This document shows, piece by piece, positions 11,801 through 25,529 of a stretch of DNA of 64,000 bases (position 1 is the stretch's first letter; each line of letters begins with the position of its first letter). Origin of the DNA: Guillardia theta CCMP2712 (Eukaryota; Protista; Cryptophyta); the NCBI RefSeq assembly GCF_000315625.1, contig NW_005434645.1, positions 45,477 to 109,476 on the forward strand. Direction: 5' to 3'. The notes beneath the pieces were generated by a model. That model did not search any database. It was not told the origin of the DNA and saw nothing but the letters and a program-made list of their open reading frames with translations. A program made the position numbers and the translations under genes.

Positions 11801-12697
11801 CAGAACCAACTCAGTATTATTAGTGCTATCGGCAGGGCATCAAAATAAATTGTTATAAGTTTCAAACATATTTCAGGGTCCGGTAATAATATTTCAATAT
11901 CTCGATGCAAATCGGCTCTCGCGTTATAGGTGCCCCTAATAAGCAAAGAACAGTACTGTAATTTTGCTACAACAATGTGATTTTACTACAATAACTTTTT
12001 AAATAATGTACTGTAATTAATTTACAATGCTTCCATATGAGTGATTTCATCTAAATTAAAACTTATTAATTATTCAATATTTATTAAATTGTGCCTGTGG
12101 GCTGTACCAATAATGGTTGTAAAAATAAAACGCAGGAGAGGCGCGCAGCATGCAGGAGTAGGGTGGACAGGTAGAGAAGGGTGGAGGAGGAGGGCGCGTG
12201 AAGGAGGAGGAGGAGAGAGAGCAAGTTTGTCCTGATGCGACACAGAAGAGTGATGATGCAATTGATGCCACTGCACTCGAGTGAGTTAGAAACATGCACG
12301 AGGAAGAAGGGTTGGTGATAGTTTGACGACAAGGTCTTGAGGTGGAGAACAGCTGCGATTGCAGCCAGAAATTATAGAGATCAGTTGTAAAGAAGTAAAG
12401 CAAGAAGATCATTGGGAGGGATTCGGGAACAGGATTGTGATTTGGGTCCACTGTGGCAGCGTTGTTTGTTGAGATCAAGGAAGGAGCTACCAGCATCATA
12501 AAAAGATGCTGGAAGTGTAATGATATCTGATGAAGAAGAATGAGACGCATGAGTTTTGGCAAACCTTGTTCTAGCTTGTTTGGCTGTTCTGTTTGTTCAT
12601 ATTCCTGACATGTTCCCTGCAGGCAGTGGATTCATACATAGCGGTTTCACTCCAAAGCAACTCTTGCTGATATTCGTCTCCCGCCTCTTTGAAGAAG

Positions 12698-14473
12698 ATG
12701 GCTTCTGCAAACAGCTGGGACCAGGGAGGTCGTCTCAGCAGAGAGGATTTCAAGAAGCGACAAGAGCTGGAGGAGCTTAGAAAGTCTGGAGCGATCGAGC
12801 CAGAGCGAGATGAGGAAGGAAATGAGATCAACCCTCACATCCCACAGTACATGTCCTCTGCGCCATGGTACTTGAACTCCAAGGGACCCACTTTGAAACA
12901 TCAAAGGAATCTCAAAGTTCAGTCCATCACTGAGGGAGTTGCGGCTCGTGCAGTCCAGCCGGTTGGGAAGGGGAAGACCGTTTCGCGGACGAGGGACGAA
13001 TTCGGAGAGAAGAAGAAGTCCAAAGATGATGACACTGATGCTCCTCGTGCAAACGGATATGATACAACCTATGCCGGCAAGCGCGACAGGTGGAACGGGT
13101 TCGATGCGGATATGTACATGAAGGTCGTGAAACGACACGAGCTGCTGGCAAAGGAGCGGCAGGCGTTGCGCGAGCAAAATGTCGACAAGTCACTGCAGGA
13201 GGGAGAGTCTTCTGCGTCGAGAGTGAAGCAGAAGGACGAAAGTGACTCGTCGTCCTCTGACGATGAGGACGAGCAGAAAGACGCGGAGAAGGCAGAGATG
13301 ATCGACCAGGATGGTAAATTGGTAGGACAGCAACTTGACACTGGCCGACTGGGTATGCAAACAAGAGTTTCTGTCAGAAATCTCCGTATTCGTGAGGACA
13401 CTGCCAAGTATCTTCGCAATCTTGACGTGAAGTCTGCCTACTACGATCCCAAGACTCGTTCGATGCGTTCCAACCCTAATCCAGACAAGAATCCCCATGA
13501 ATTGGATTATGCCGGTGAGAATTTCATCCGATATACAGGAGATACTGTCAAGGTTGCCAAGCAGCAGCTGTATGAGTTGGAGGCGTACGAGAGAGGACAG
13601 GATGTGCACATGCTGGGTATGCCGACGCAGGCCGAGCTGCTGCACACCCAGTTCGAGGATAAGAAGACGTCTCTGGTTGAAAAGCAAAAGAAGCAGCTCT
13701 ACGAGCATTATGGCGGGCAGGAATACGCAGAGAAATCCATTCCACGAGCTGTCATCTTTGGGAACACCGAGCAGTATGTGGAGTACGCTGATGATGGTAC
13801 CATCGTTAAGGGTCAGGTGAGGACATGGATAGTCTCTTGACTCTGTCTCGCTGATTGTGTGCTCGGCTACAGGAGCGAAGGGTCTTGAACTCCAAGTACG
13901 AGGAAGATAAGATGACCAACAACCACACCAAAGTCTGGGGCTCCTTCTGGTACAACGGCAAGTGGGGATACGCTTGCTGCTGTCAGTTCATCCGCAACTC
14001 GTACTGCACGGGCAAGACGGGCATCGAGGCCTTTGAAAAGCAGAAGGGAAGCCGGATGGGTCTGACTCCCTTCTTCGAGAACTCAAGCCAGATGGTTGCG
14101 ACGATGCAGGCTCAGATCCAGAACCAGAAGCAAGAGAAGAAGGACAAGTCTGAAGGCTCCAAGAAGCTTGCCATCGGCGATCGCATGGTCGGACGCTCGT
14201 CCGACAGTTTTGACAAGAAGGCGCTAAAGAAGGCGCTCAAAGACGAGGAGAGGCGTGAGAAGCATGGTAGGATGAGCCTTGTCCTGTGTGTAACGAAGCT
14301 GACATGTGGCTGCAGACGGAGAGGCGGACGAGAGGAAGAGGAAGTACAACAGCCTTTCGACCACAGACGTGACGGAGGAGGAGATGGAGGCATACATGCT
14401 CAAGAAGAACCGCGGGGACGATCCGTTAGCTGGGTTGAGCAAGGGTGCCAACAACGGCTACGACTTTGTGTAA
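12698..14473 (+). CDS. SLU7: Pre-mRNA splicing factor SLU7
   Basis: [81 protein letters not shown] and terminal VTEEEMEAY....RGDDPL. Two short introns. Confidence 0.96.
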
Positions 14474-14925
14474 GAGCTACTCTAGTTTGACTCTACTTGC
14501 CCGCGATGCTGCTGCATCGCTAACATGAACTAAGAGTGAAATGCATCATAAACTCTCTCGCTCTTACCTCTCGTGTGTCTCGCTCGCCTCTCGCTCCTCC
14601 TTATCCTCTTCACTCGCTCCCTCCCCTAAGAGTCTTGACCACCTCCCCTCTCTGTCCTTTTATTTCGCCGAAACTGAACCCAATAACCTTGTCCTTCCCT
14701 ACTCCGCTCCCTCCGCTCCCTCCACCCTCACCTGCCCCTTCTCTTCCAGCGCCCTCCCTCCCCTAACTGAGACCCTCCCCTCTGCCCTCTGCTCTGCCCT
14801 CCCCTCCCCTCCCCTTCTTCCCCTCCTTTCCCTCTCCTTCCTCCGTCCTCTTCCTTCCCCTCTTTCATTGTCACTATTCTCCTCCTGGTCCTACACTGGT
14901 AGCCGCGGCTACCGGCCGCAGCCAC

Positions 14926-17407
14926 ATGCGCGATGCGCGATGGCTGCATGCGAGGCACAGAGCGGCAGAGGACGTGACGCGAGCGATCGAAGAGCTCGTG
15001 GACCAGCTCGAGTATCCCAGCATCAGCATTTTCGCGTCCGCACACGCGCCGAGGTACAGTCTGTGGAGGAAGGCGCTGGCAGGAGTGTTCAGCTACCAGG
15101 ACCACTTCAACCAGCGGGCAGAGGAGCGAGCGAAGGAGATTCTGAGGGAGGAGAGGGCGAGGAGGGAGTTCCTCAAGAAGAACGCGCCTCTGACGACTGA
15201 GTTTGACCTCGATGTCGCCGTTACACTGCTGTGCATGGCGGAAGACAGCATGTTTAGACCCTTTCCCCCACCAGCAGCCAAGGAGCAGGTGGAGGGGTCT
15301 GACATGCTACAGGTCAGACTAGAGGACATTGAAGTGCTCGCGCGCAACGTGGAGAGGAAGGCTATCCGGTCGATCTTCCACGAGGCTGGGCAACATCAAG
15401 TCTGGAAGGACTGGTGGAGGGACGTCCTGTCGAGGATGATAGCGGCAGCCGAAGAGAGTCCGAGCTCTGGCGAGGAGAGGATCTCTAGAGAATTTTCAGA
15501 GGTGGAGGTATGCCTGCATCTGCTGGAGGAAGGAGTGGTGCACGAGGACTTGGATCGGAGCTCGTCGGATGTTCCCGCGGAGGTGCACGAGAAGTTGGAG
15601 GCGCTGGCGGACGAAGCAAGCATCAACGTCGTTCTCTCTTTTCTCAAGTCGTACGCCAAGGCCATGAGGGAGAGGATCAGCGCGTGCGATGTCTCTGTCG
15701 TGAAGCATCTTGTTGACTATGACAGGCACACTGGAGGGTTCCGACGTCTCTCCAGCTCCGTCAGGCCCACTGGCCCGACCGCTGCGTCCAGGAGAAAGGC
15801 AGGAGCAAGGACGGACGTCCAGGGTTCCTCCAAGGCTGATTCAGAAACCTTCGTTGCTGTTGTGTTGAAGAGCTTCCGAGACAAGTCGCTGTTTGTTCAG
15901 GTACTGTCATGGTGCATGTTGTGCCGCTGGGACCTTGACGGAGCTTGCTCAACGACAGGTGAAGTCGATAGAGTTCGACATGTTGTCCTCACGAGTCGAG
16001 CCATGGTTCGATAGCATCCTTGAGACTTTTGTTGACGTCAACTGGCGCACAAGGAGAAAGATCAGCCCCGACTCGCTCGCCGTCCATCCGAGCGTTGTCT
16101 CCTTCCTTGTCCATCGACTGAGCAGTCCGACAAGGGAGGGGCAGGACCTGCAGGCCTCTGATGCCGACGACCAGGAGAGGAGACATCAACTTGCGGCCCT
16201 CGGAGCTCTCGCCATCTTTGCGCAGAACGAGGAGAACGTGAGCAAGTCGGGCGCCCTCGACAGCCTCGTGCAGCTCCTCACGGGTTTCATGCAAGGCGAT
16301 GCTCAGCAAGACGTCTTCACCGCCCGCTTGTTCGCGCTGGCCAACAGCCTCTGCAAGTTCGATGCGGTACTGGCTCCCCTCCTCGCCTGCGGCTACAGCG
16401 AGAAGGCGGTAAGAAGCCTCGACAGGGCGAGGGAGTCGGAGCTAGTCAACGAGAGCATGCTGTTCCTTGCCGTGAACGCCACAGTCAACCATGGAGAAGT
16501 TGTTGGAGCAGAAGCGAACTTGACCGAAGAAGCTGTCACGCGAGCTTCTCAGGTGGTAGATCAGCTGGACCCGACCAGGGGCCGAGATGCCATGGCGACC
16601 GGGTTGGTTGACAAGTACCTGAAACTGCTCAGAGCCATCGCAGTCCAGCATCCGGAAATGATCCCGGTCAACGTGATAGGGCAGATCAAGACGGCGCTGA
16701 CCTACATGTGGGACTTGAAGTCTGTGCTGGAGAACGCCTGCCTGGTGCTGCAGGCAGCGTGCTGGGGGCACGAGGAACGGAAGCAAGCATGCCATGACAG
16801 CGGCCTATCCTCCTTCCTCCTCAAGTTGCTCGACCGATGCAAGGTGGACAAGGACAGCTCCCAGCACCTCTTCACCTCCATTCGCATCCTCTCCTCGCCA
16901 GCCTCCAGGCTTCACAAGGCAATAGCCCAGCACGTGGAGGTTTTCTTCCGGGTCCTCGACCTTCATCGAGGGGTCGGCAGTCTTGTGGAGAGCGTCTGCC
17001 TCATCTTCTGCAACATCTCCAAGCACGACAGCTCCAGCCTCCTGCATCACTCGGAGAAGCTCATCGACTACGTTGCTCAGCACGAGCAGGAACCCAAGAT
17101 CGCCAGGAATGGGATATGGCTGCTGGCGAACATCTGCGAGGACCTGGAGTTCTGGGACCTGTACGATGACGAGTACGTTTATGAGATCGTCTTGCACCTC
17201 ATGATCTTGCACGAGGACGACCAGGAGTTGCAGTACGCAAGTCTACACCTGGCGCTCCTGCTCCTTAAACAGCGAGGGGAGCTGCAAAATGAAGAGATGC
17301 TGCTGCATCTCAGGAAGCAGGTCCAGACCTCCATGCTGAAGCACAGCGAGCATGCCGGGATCTGCAGGTTCGGGGACATGTATTTGAGGTACTCGTCGAG
17401 CCTGTGA
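14926..17407 (+). CDS. Uncharacterised helical/armadillo-repeat-like protein
   Basis: Two long overlapping ORFs (362 and 504 aa) joined by a short intron near 15900-15958. The C-half has ARM-like helices (VLENACLVLQAAC, LVESVCLIFCNIS, IARNGIWLLANIC). Confidence 0.7.
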
Positions 17408-17562
17408 CGATAGCGAGGAGTGGAGGCAAGCGATGTAAGAGGAGGTGCTGCATACAAAGGAAAAGAGTTCATTCCGAGAATACAAAACACTTTTTTCCTC
17501 CATCTTGAAAGGAGAGAAGGAGCAGGCACAACACCCCCCCCGTTGCTTCCCTCCTGTCCTCG

Positions 17563-18532
17563 TCATTTCTTCATCAATGGGGCCCAGGGGTCTTCAACGA
17601 ATGAGCTCTTGTAGTATGGTCTCGCCCCTCCTCCCCCTTCGCCCCTCTCCTCCCCGCCTCTCCCTCCTCCTCTCCCACCTCCTCTCCACCCTCCTCTGCC
17701 ACCTCCCCCTCTGCCACCTCCCCCTCTGCCTCCTCCCCCTCTGCCTCCTCCGAAGTCATCACGGGGGTGATGTCCTCTGCCTCTGAACCCATGATCGCCT
17801 CGTCCTCTTCCATGTTGCCATTGACCTGATAGGAAGCGTTACTGATGTTACGACGGCGAAGCAGGAAGCATCATCAGAACAGCGAGGCGTGCCGAGACCT
17901 TGTTGTGTTTGATTGTGATGGAAAGGACGATGATTGTCCCCTTCGTTCCTGTCGGCAACGATCTCACCACCATGGAGCAAGACTCCCTGCCACATCCCCA
18001 TACCCTGCATGCGAATCCATGGCGGAAAACGCCTGCACCTCGAAGTTGCCGTTCATACCGCCAGACGGCAGATGAAATGAAGCATAGTATCTTGAGAGTC
18101 ATCAGTACATGAGCTTCACATCAGGAGCTTCTCCTCACCCGGGAGTACTGCCATCACCTGCCGCATGATAAGCCAGACTGTTGAGAAGGATCAGGAGCAA
18201 GCACAGACCAGCATGCGGCATTGGCATCCCCATAGCGTTCGTTTGTAGAAACCTTCCCACAGGAGGAATTCCTGCATGTCCTTGCATCCCTGGAGTCCCT
18301 GGCAGTCCCTCCATCCCCTGCTTACCAACGCCCTCAGCCTCGCAGATCCCGAAGCGTTCGTATTTACCTGACCTCCCTGCTCCTCGCCTCCTCCTTGCAC
18401 CGGTGGAGCAGAGTGCTTTCTGCCAGCTTCGTCCTGCAGCTCCTTGTCTTCTTGCTCTTGCCTCTCTCTAACCTCTCTCGCCCTCTTCCTCATCGCCTCC
18501 AGCCGCTCGCGCCTCTCCGCCGCGTCCTCCAT
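17563..18532 (-). CDS. SICKLE/TTDN1 (MPLKIP-motif)-like protein with RGG region
   Basis: Starts MEDAAERRERLEAMRKRA. The last exon reads GRGRGDHGFRGRGHHPRDDFGGGRGGGGRGG...ARPYYKSSFVEDPWAPLMKK* (TGA at 17563-17565). Internal exon structure is uncertain. Confidence 0.7.
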
Positions 18533-18763
18533 TGCCCATGTGCCCTCCTCAGAGGTATCAGGGAGTCAACGGAACAACGAAATGTAACGGACACTGAAGC
18601 AAGACTGAACGGAAAGAGTAACGGTTTTGGAATACGACGTACCCTCCCGAGCGAGGAAACTGAATAAAACTCAGTCAATAAAAATTTCAAATTAACAAAG
18701 ATCATTTGTACATATGATAGATTTCTGAGTACCCCTACCCCCAACGAATCATCCCCGCGCGCC

Positions 18764-21110
18764 ATGAGCTGGGCGGATCTAGCCGACGATGACGACGACG
18801 ACTGGCTGCAAGACTCGCCCTTCCCCTCCTCCTCCTCTCAGTCTCCTTCCGTCCCTATCTCTTCCACTGTCTCTAGCTCCCCTCCTCAGAAGACTTCAGG
18901 ATTTGCCCCTCCTCCCGCCACGACCTCTGCTCATGCTCCCAACAGGGCCTCCTCGCATTCCCACTCAAGCACGCCATCCTGGTCCTCTTCTGTGCCCAAA
19001 GCTTCTGTGCAGCCGTCCCAGTCAGCTCAGTTTGGTTCCATTCTACCCGACCCGCCGAACTCTTCGAAGAATGCCATACCTGCGTGCTTTCGGCTGACAC
19101 CCCAACGTTCGTCTGTCACACTACCCGAGGATATAGCGGAGCCTAAAAGGGAATCCCCGAAAAAACCTGAAGCTTTTGCTCTTTCCATGCCTACCTCCAC
19201 GGCAACGTTTTCCTTCGGCTCAACAGCTACATCGAATTTCACGTTTGGACAGTCATCAACGACTAGTCAGTCTTCGTTGTTCAAGCAACCGGTTCAGACA
19301 TCGACAACCGCCCAGCACGGTAAACTTTCAGCTGCTCCTGCACACTCGCGAGCCCCTCCAGCTGCTCCTGCACACACTCTCCAGTCATCCTCTCCCGCAA
19401 CGCAATCTTTGATTTCCCCTATGTCGCGAACAAGTCCTTCGGCGCCTGCTGCAACAACAGAGATTGAGGAAAGCGTTGGGGTAAACAAGCACGAAAGCTT
19501 TATCACAAGTCTTTGCAAATTTAATGTGGCATTGGTAATAGCATAAAGCTGATTTGGCTTCATAGCTGACCTTCTTGCTTTTGCAGACAAAGCCAGCTTT
19601 GTTGGCCATGACAAAGTCGCAGTTACTTTCCCTGCGAATTCCGTAAGTTTTCAGATTGTTCATGCGCATTTGGGTACTGAGCGATATTTTCAGCATCGGA
19701 ACCATCAAATATTTGCTAAGTCAGCCCACGAATAACGTCCAAAGGCCAGACGTGCAAGCCAGGATGTCCCAACCGTACCAAGGTTTCCTAGACGCGATGA
19801 ACCTGAATGTGACATCGCTCTGCATGATAGAGCAGGAGACTCCTCAGATCCGGGCTCTTCCCATAGGAGTGAGGAAACGCCTTCAGATGGTCAGGGGGGA
19901 CCTTGACAGGGAGGCCCGTCACAGGCCCTCCACAGACAACATGCAGATTCCTGTGAAAGTTCGGGAATACCTGGACGCCCTGCCCCTTGGCGTACGGGTT
20001 CATCTTCACTCGCTGTCAGGTTCTGTGGAGGAGTTGTGCCGGGAAAGCAAGAGCTCCGAAGTTGCTAAGGCTCCTGTTGTTGTCAAAGATGAGAACCAGG
20101 AGAAGGAGATCGAGAAACTTAAGAAGAAGCTGAAGGAGAAAGCAGCTGAGAACGCTTCCTTGATCTCAAAGTTGGACGACAAAGACAAGAAGCTGGCGCA
20201 ATCGATCAAGGACAACGAGGCGAAGAGTCAGGAGATCAAGGATCTTCATCACGTTGTGGAGAACGTCTCCCGCAACTTCCAGACTCTGAAGGACACCCTC
20301 GTCCAGAAAGAGTCCGAGCTAAGGGCTTGTCACGATGAGATCAAGGCAAAGAAAGACATCATCCACAAGCTTGAATCGAAGATTCGGCACCATGAGAAGA
20401 CCATCGCGAAGCTTCAGAACCTTGAGAACTTCCATGTTGAGCGAAGAATACCGCTCTACAAGAAGGCCGCGGCGTTCAAGAGGCTTGTCGCCGGGCTGCA
20501 CGAAGAGCAGAGGGAACGCGTGAGGGAGGAGCGTGCTGGTGCGATGAGCTGCAGGAAGGAGAAACTGCGGTCTCTTGTGCGATGGAAGCAGTGCTTCATG
20601 GACAGCAGGGCGGAGGAGCTGGATGAGGTTTCTTCACGCTACAAGGAGATCCGAGCGAAGATGTCGAGGATCGCTAACGAGCTAGTGCCCCTTGGAGCTT
20701 TCATCTCCTCCTCCTCCTCCTCCTCCCCTTCGATTCGCAGGTCTTTCGAGCGCTCGATGATCAGCCTGCGTGAGGGATTCATGGACGTGAGCAAGTACCC
20801 TCCACGCACAGCGGGCGAGGAGGAAGAGAAGGCATCTCCTCCTTCCTACCGGCGTCCTGGACGCTCTCAGCAAGCTGACTACCTGCTCAACGACTCAGAG
20901 AATCAGCTTGCCAACTGCATGACGCCTACAGGAAAGCTAGGTTCCCCCCTGCCCTCTCCTGGGGATCTCCACCACACGCCCATCGCCACAGACCGAACGC
21001 GGGAGATCGTTCAGAGTCCGCAGTCGAAGGAGAAGACGTCAGTACAGAGGAATGTGCCCAAGGACCTGATCCGCTGGCTGCAGCGAGGAAACTTGTCGTC
21101 TACTCAATGA
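18764..21110 (+). CDS. Uncharacterised protein: Ser/Pro/Thr-rich N-terminus followed by a coiled coil
   Basis: ORFs 18764-19546 and 19656-21110 with short introns between them. Heptad-rich segment EKEIEKLKKKLKEK...IAKLQNLE. Confidence 0.7.
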
Positions 21111-21599
21111 CAGCAGGGACTTGGGCTGTTGGGTTGTTGGTTGATGAAGTAAATATGACACGAACGTGAGAGTGATGGAGAGGTTCTAGGAAGGGAGAGG
21201 TTCTAGGATGGAAGAGCTGATGGAAGAGGTTCTAGGGAGGACGAGGGTGCTGACAACAAGATGAAAGGGGAGAGGAGGACGGAGAGGTGGGAGGATTGGT
21301 GGGAGGCACAGCGTAAGGGAGCAGGGCAGCAGGCAGGCAAGCAGGCAGGACGGGTGGGATGCGGGTTCCCAAAAAAAAACTGATATGAGTTTGTTGGACT
21401 GGGGCGGGGAGAGAGGAGGACGGAGGGAGAGAGGAGCGACGGGGCGATAACAGCTAGAGAGGTAGAGGATGCGGAGACGGGTGGACAGTCGGCAGGAAGG
21501 GAGAAGGGGAGGAGGAGAGTGGCAAAAGAGGAAGTAAAGGAAGAAAGCGTCAAGGAGGACGGGGAGGGGAAGGGGACGGGAGGGCGAGGATCCGAGACC

Positions 21600-23506
21600 A
21601 TGGGAGGCACCAGCTCTGTGTGTGCGGATGTGAAGGCGAGAGGAAATGCATTGTTTGCTGAGGGCAAGTACGAGGAAGCGGTGGAAGCGTACACACGAGC
21701 TCTGGAAGCGAGCGGGCAAGACCAGACGCTGTGGAGCAACAGGAGCGCGGCCAGGTTGAAACTGGGCCATTATGGCTTCGCCCTCGCCGACGCGCTTTCT
21801 TGTGTCCACCTCGCTCCTCGCTGGGCCAAGAGCTACTTCCGTCTCGCGAGCGCGTTCCTCGCTGCAGGCAGACCCGTCGAGGCAGCGGACAACTTCAGAC
21901 GGGCGCTGGCACTGAGCCCGACGGACGCGACGATCCTGACGAGCTTGAAGGCGTGCGAGGAAAAGAGCGAGGGCGTGAGAGGACGAGGATACGTCTACTT
22001 CTGGGGACAGGCGGGATCAGCTGTGGGCGAGCAGGTGTCGTCAAGTACCCCAAGGATGCTCAAGAAGGCCATGGGCCGGCAGGTGCGGGACGTGGCCTGC
22101 GGGCTCGTACACTCGGCCATGGTGATGGGGAGCGGGGAAGTGCTGTGCTGGGGAGAGAACAAGTACGGGCAGTGCGGGACTGGGACGCAGGAGCAGACGG
22201 AGCACCCGACCTTCGTCGGCTCGCTCTTCGGAGTCGCGTGCATGTCCGTGTCCTGCGGGGGAGCACACACGGTGGTGGTCAGCGAGGACGGGAGGGTCTT
22301 TTCGTGGGGGCTGGGAGCCAACGGGCAGCTCGGGCATGGGAGCAGAGACAACTTGACGACCCCCAGCGTCGTGCAGGCGATGAGAGGAAGGGACGTGCTG
22401 GCGGTCACGTGCGGTGTCGGGCATACGGTCATTGTGCTTGCTGGGGGGGAGCTGTACACGTGCGGATGGAACAAAAATGGTTCTCTCCGCCTTCATTTTC
22501 TGCCCCTCCTCTTCATCCTGCTCCTCCTGCTCCTATCAGTTTTTCCAGAAACACCTCATCCTTCATCACACCTTCACTTCTCCTCCTGGTCCTCTTCTCC
22601 ATCTCTCTCCCCGATCATCTTCCCGTTTCTCGTCCTGCTTATCATCTCCATCATCTCCATCATCTCCATCTTCTCCATCTTCTCCATCTTCTCCATCTTC
22701 TCCATCTTCGTACTTTCCATCTTATCGGCTGTTTGCAGGACAATGTGGAGTAGGGAGCACGAGCGACCTCCTCTCACCCCAATGCGTCGAAAGTCTGCGG
22801 GGTGAAGGGGTACAGCATGCTTCCTGCGGGGCAGGACACACAGCAGTCGTGACAGGAGGAGGGGAGGTGTTCACCTTCGGCTCCGGCAGCTGCGGACAAC
22901 TCGGCCATGGCGACTGTCAGGACTTGTCCATGCCCAGGAGAGTTGGGGCCCTGGTGGGGATCGTGATGTCCATGGTGGCATGCGGGGAGGAGTACACCGT
23001 CTGCGCTGCCTTCGATCATAGGGTGTTCGGCTTCGGGCTGAACAACGTCGGTCAGCTGGGGGCCAGCTCGACGTCCCATCCCTACCTGAGCGAGCCAAGG
23101 CAGATGGAGTTCCTCAAGGAGGAGGAGGTGGAGCTGTGCAAATGCAATCAGAGCGAAGTGATCGCGCTGACGAGGAGAGGAGCACTGAGAGCGTGGGGGG
23201 GGTCGAGCTTCCCCTCCTCCTCCTCCTCCTCCTCCTTCTCCTCCTCCTCCTCCTCCTCCTCCTCACAGCTGCGAAGCATCGCGGGCTTTGACAGGAAGAC
23301 GGTGCAGAGAATTGAGTGCGGCAGACGACATGTCTGCATCCTCCAGCGATCTACTCACGCACAGGCTTGCAAGGTCAGATGAAGTTGCAACGAAAATCGA
23401 TGACGATGATGATGATGATGAGGATGAGGATGATGAGGATGAGGATGATGATGATGAGGATGATGATGAGGATGAGGATGATGAGGATGATGATGATGAT
23501 GATAGA

Positions 23507-23539
<33 letters not shown>

Positions 23540-25193
23540 AATGATGATGAGGAGGAGGAGGACGATTGGAAGATAGAGAAGACAATTGTACGGAGGGGGG
23601 AAAATAGCACGAGTAGGAAGTGCAGGAAGACGAGACAGGTGGAAGGCGAGGAGGATGAAATAAGCTGCAGGCTGTTGGGGAAGCAACGTGCTGTGTACAA
23701 GCAGGGAAGAAGTCGAAGTTCAAGATCATCGCAGCGTACGAGGATGGAGAGCGAGTGGATCAGGTGGGTCGGAAGGGAGGACGAGGACGAGGACGAGGAC
23801 GAGGATGAGGACGAGGATGAAGGAGGAGGAGGAGGAGGGAGGGAGAGGAGTCTTCTGATGCCATTACAGGGAGGGGACCGTTTCTCAGCTCTGCTGTTCT
23901 ACGAAGACGGGAACTGCGAGTGCAACGTTAACTTTTCTCATCCCACTTCCCTTGCCGTGAGTGTTTCCCTTCAGATCTTCGTCGACGACAACTTCGATGG
24001 GACTTACGATGGCGAGCTGATCGCCCAGCATGCTGGGGAGGCTCGCCTCTGGATCCTACTAGGTCCTTCCCCTCATCAACCTTCCACCCTCCTCCTCCAA
24101 CCCGTTCCTCCTCCTCATCCTTCACCGCCTTGCCTTGCCCTCATCATCGTATCCCCCTCTCTTTTCTCACTTCCAGCGTCATCTCTCCCCATGCTGTTCC
24201 TCTTTCCCTTCTTGCTTTCATCTAGACAGATCTGCCTGCTACCTCTGCATCACCTTCATCCTCTCACTTGGCTGTTGAAAAGATGGAGTTCACATTCAAG
24301 GCAGCCCTTATCATGTCAAGATTGAACCGCAGGAGGTTGAAACTTGATCGGCCATGCCTTCCCATCTTGAACTTGTCTTTACAGATCAGCTGCAAAGATT
24401 GTTTCGTCGTCTGCAAGACAAGCAGGTGCTCAACAGGTCTTGTTGCCTGATGGTTTGCATGAGTTCTGGGAGCAGAGAGAACAGCTATCACGAGGCCGGC
24501 CAGATGATGTTTGTCATGGTTTACTTGAGAGATAAGTGATAGAAGCAATTTCTTGCACTCCTCCCCCTGTAATCTTCACGTCAGGTTCAACAATCCATGC
24601 AAACCTGACCTTGCACGGATCAAACACTCCATCACAGTTGCGGAGAGCTCCAGGGAGGTTGGAGAGGTGACTTGATGAATGCCTCCATCTCCTGACGATG
24701 ATAACATTTGTGTCTACAAGATTGAAACGAACATGGAAATCGACAAGACAGGAGCTGTGGTCCTGACCATGTGAAAGCTATCATTGTCATCCAATACCGA
24801 TGTCTTGACGATCTTTAATCAAAGGGAGCCAACAATCCGAGCAAATTACTTGATAGACGTTGGCGTGCTACGGGATTGGATGGTAGCATTGAAGCTGATG
24901 ATAGGTTCTCTTCGACGGCAGTCAACTACCAGGGTGCCCCCTTGAAGTCGAAGTATCCTCTTCCTCCCTCCCTCCCTCCCTCCCTCCCTCCCTCCCTCCC
25001 TCCCTCCCTCCCTCCCTCCCTCCCTCCACTCCTCCTTCGCTCTTCAGCTATGCCTGCCGCTCTCTTTCCGTCCATCCTCCACTGTCCCGCCCTGACGAGG
25101 CATCTCACGGCTTGTCTTGCAGGTCTTTCCTACTGAGATCTCCCCGGACAAATGTCTCGTGGACGATAAAGGTAAGAGGAGGAGGAGGAAGAT

Positions 25194-25239
<46 letters not shown>

Positions 25240-25452
25240 GGGGCAGAACAAAACATCGCTGACATGCAGTGAAGGACTTGAGCCTTGTGTTGCCGGACAA
25301 GCGTCGAGCTTCACTGTGAAGCTTGTCGACAAGTATGGTAACGATGGTGATTACATAATGCAAGGATCGAGCCTCTGGATACTGATGGATTTGGTCAAGG
25401 TGCAATCTTCAAAGATGGATACGTGCAGGTATGTTCAGGGAGAGGGAGGGAG

Positions 25453-25529
<77 letters not shown>

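Noticed and set aside
12490-12512. Hairpin ccagcatc-ataaaaa-gatgctgg upstream of SLU7
   Set aside because: An 8-bp stem is expected by chance in 64 kb; no supporting ncRNA motif.
12698-18532. SLU7 and SICKLE-like genes as a functional splicing cluster
   Set aside because: Separated by an unrelated gene; two genes in proximity is insufficient without synteny data.
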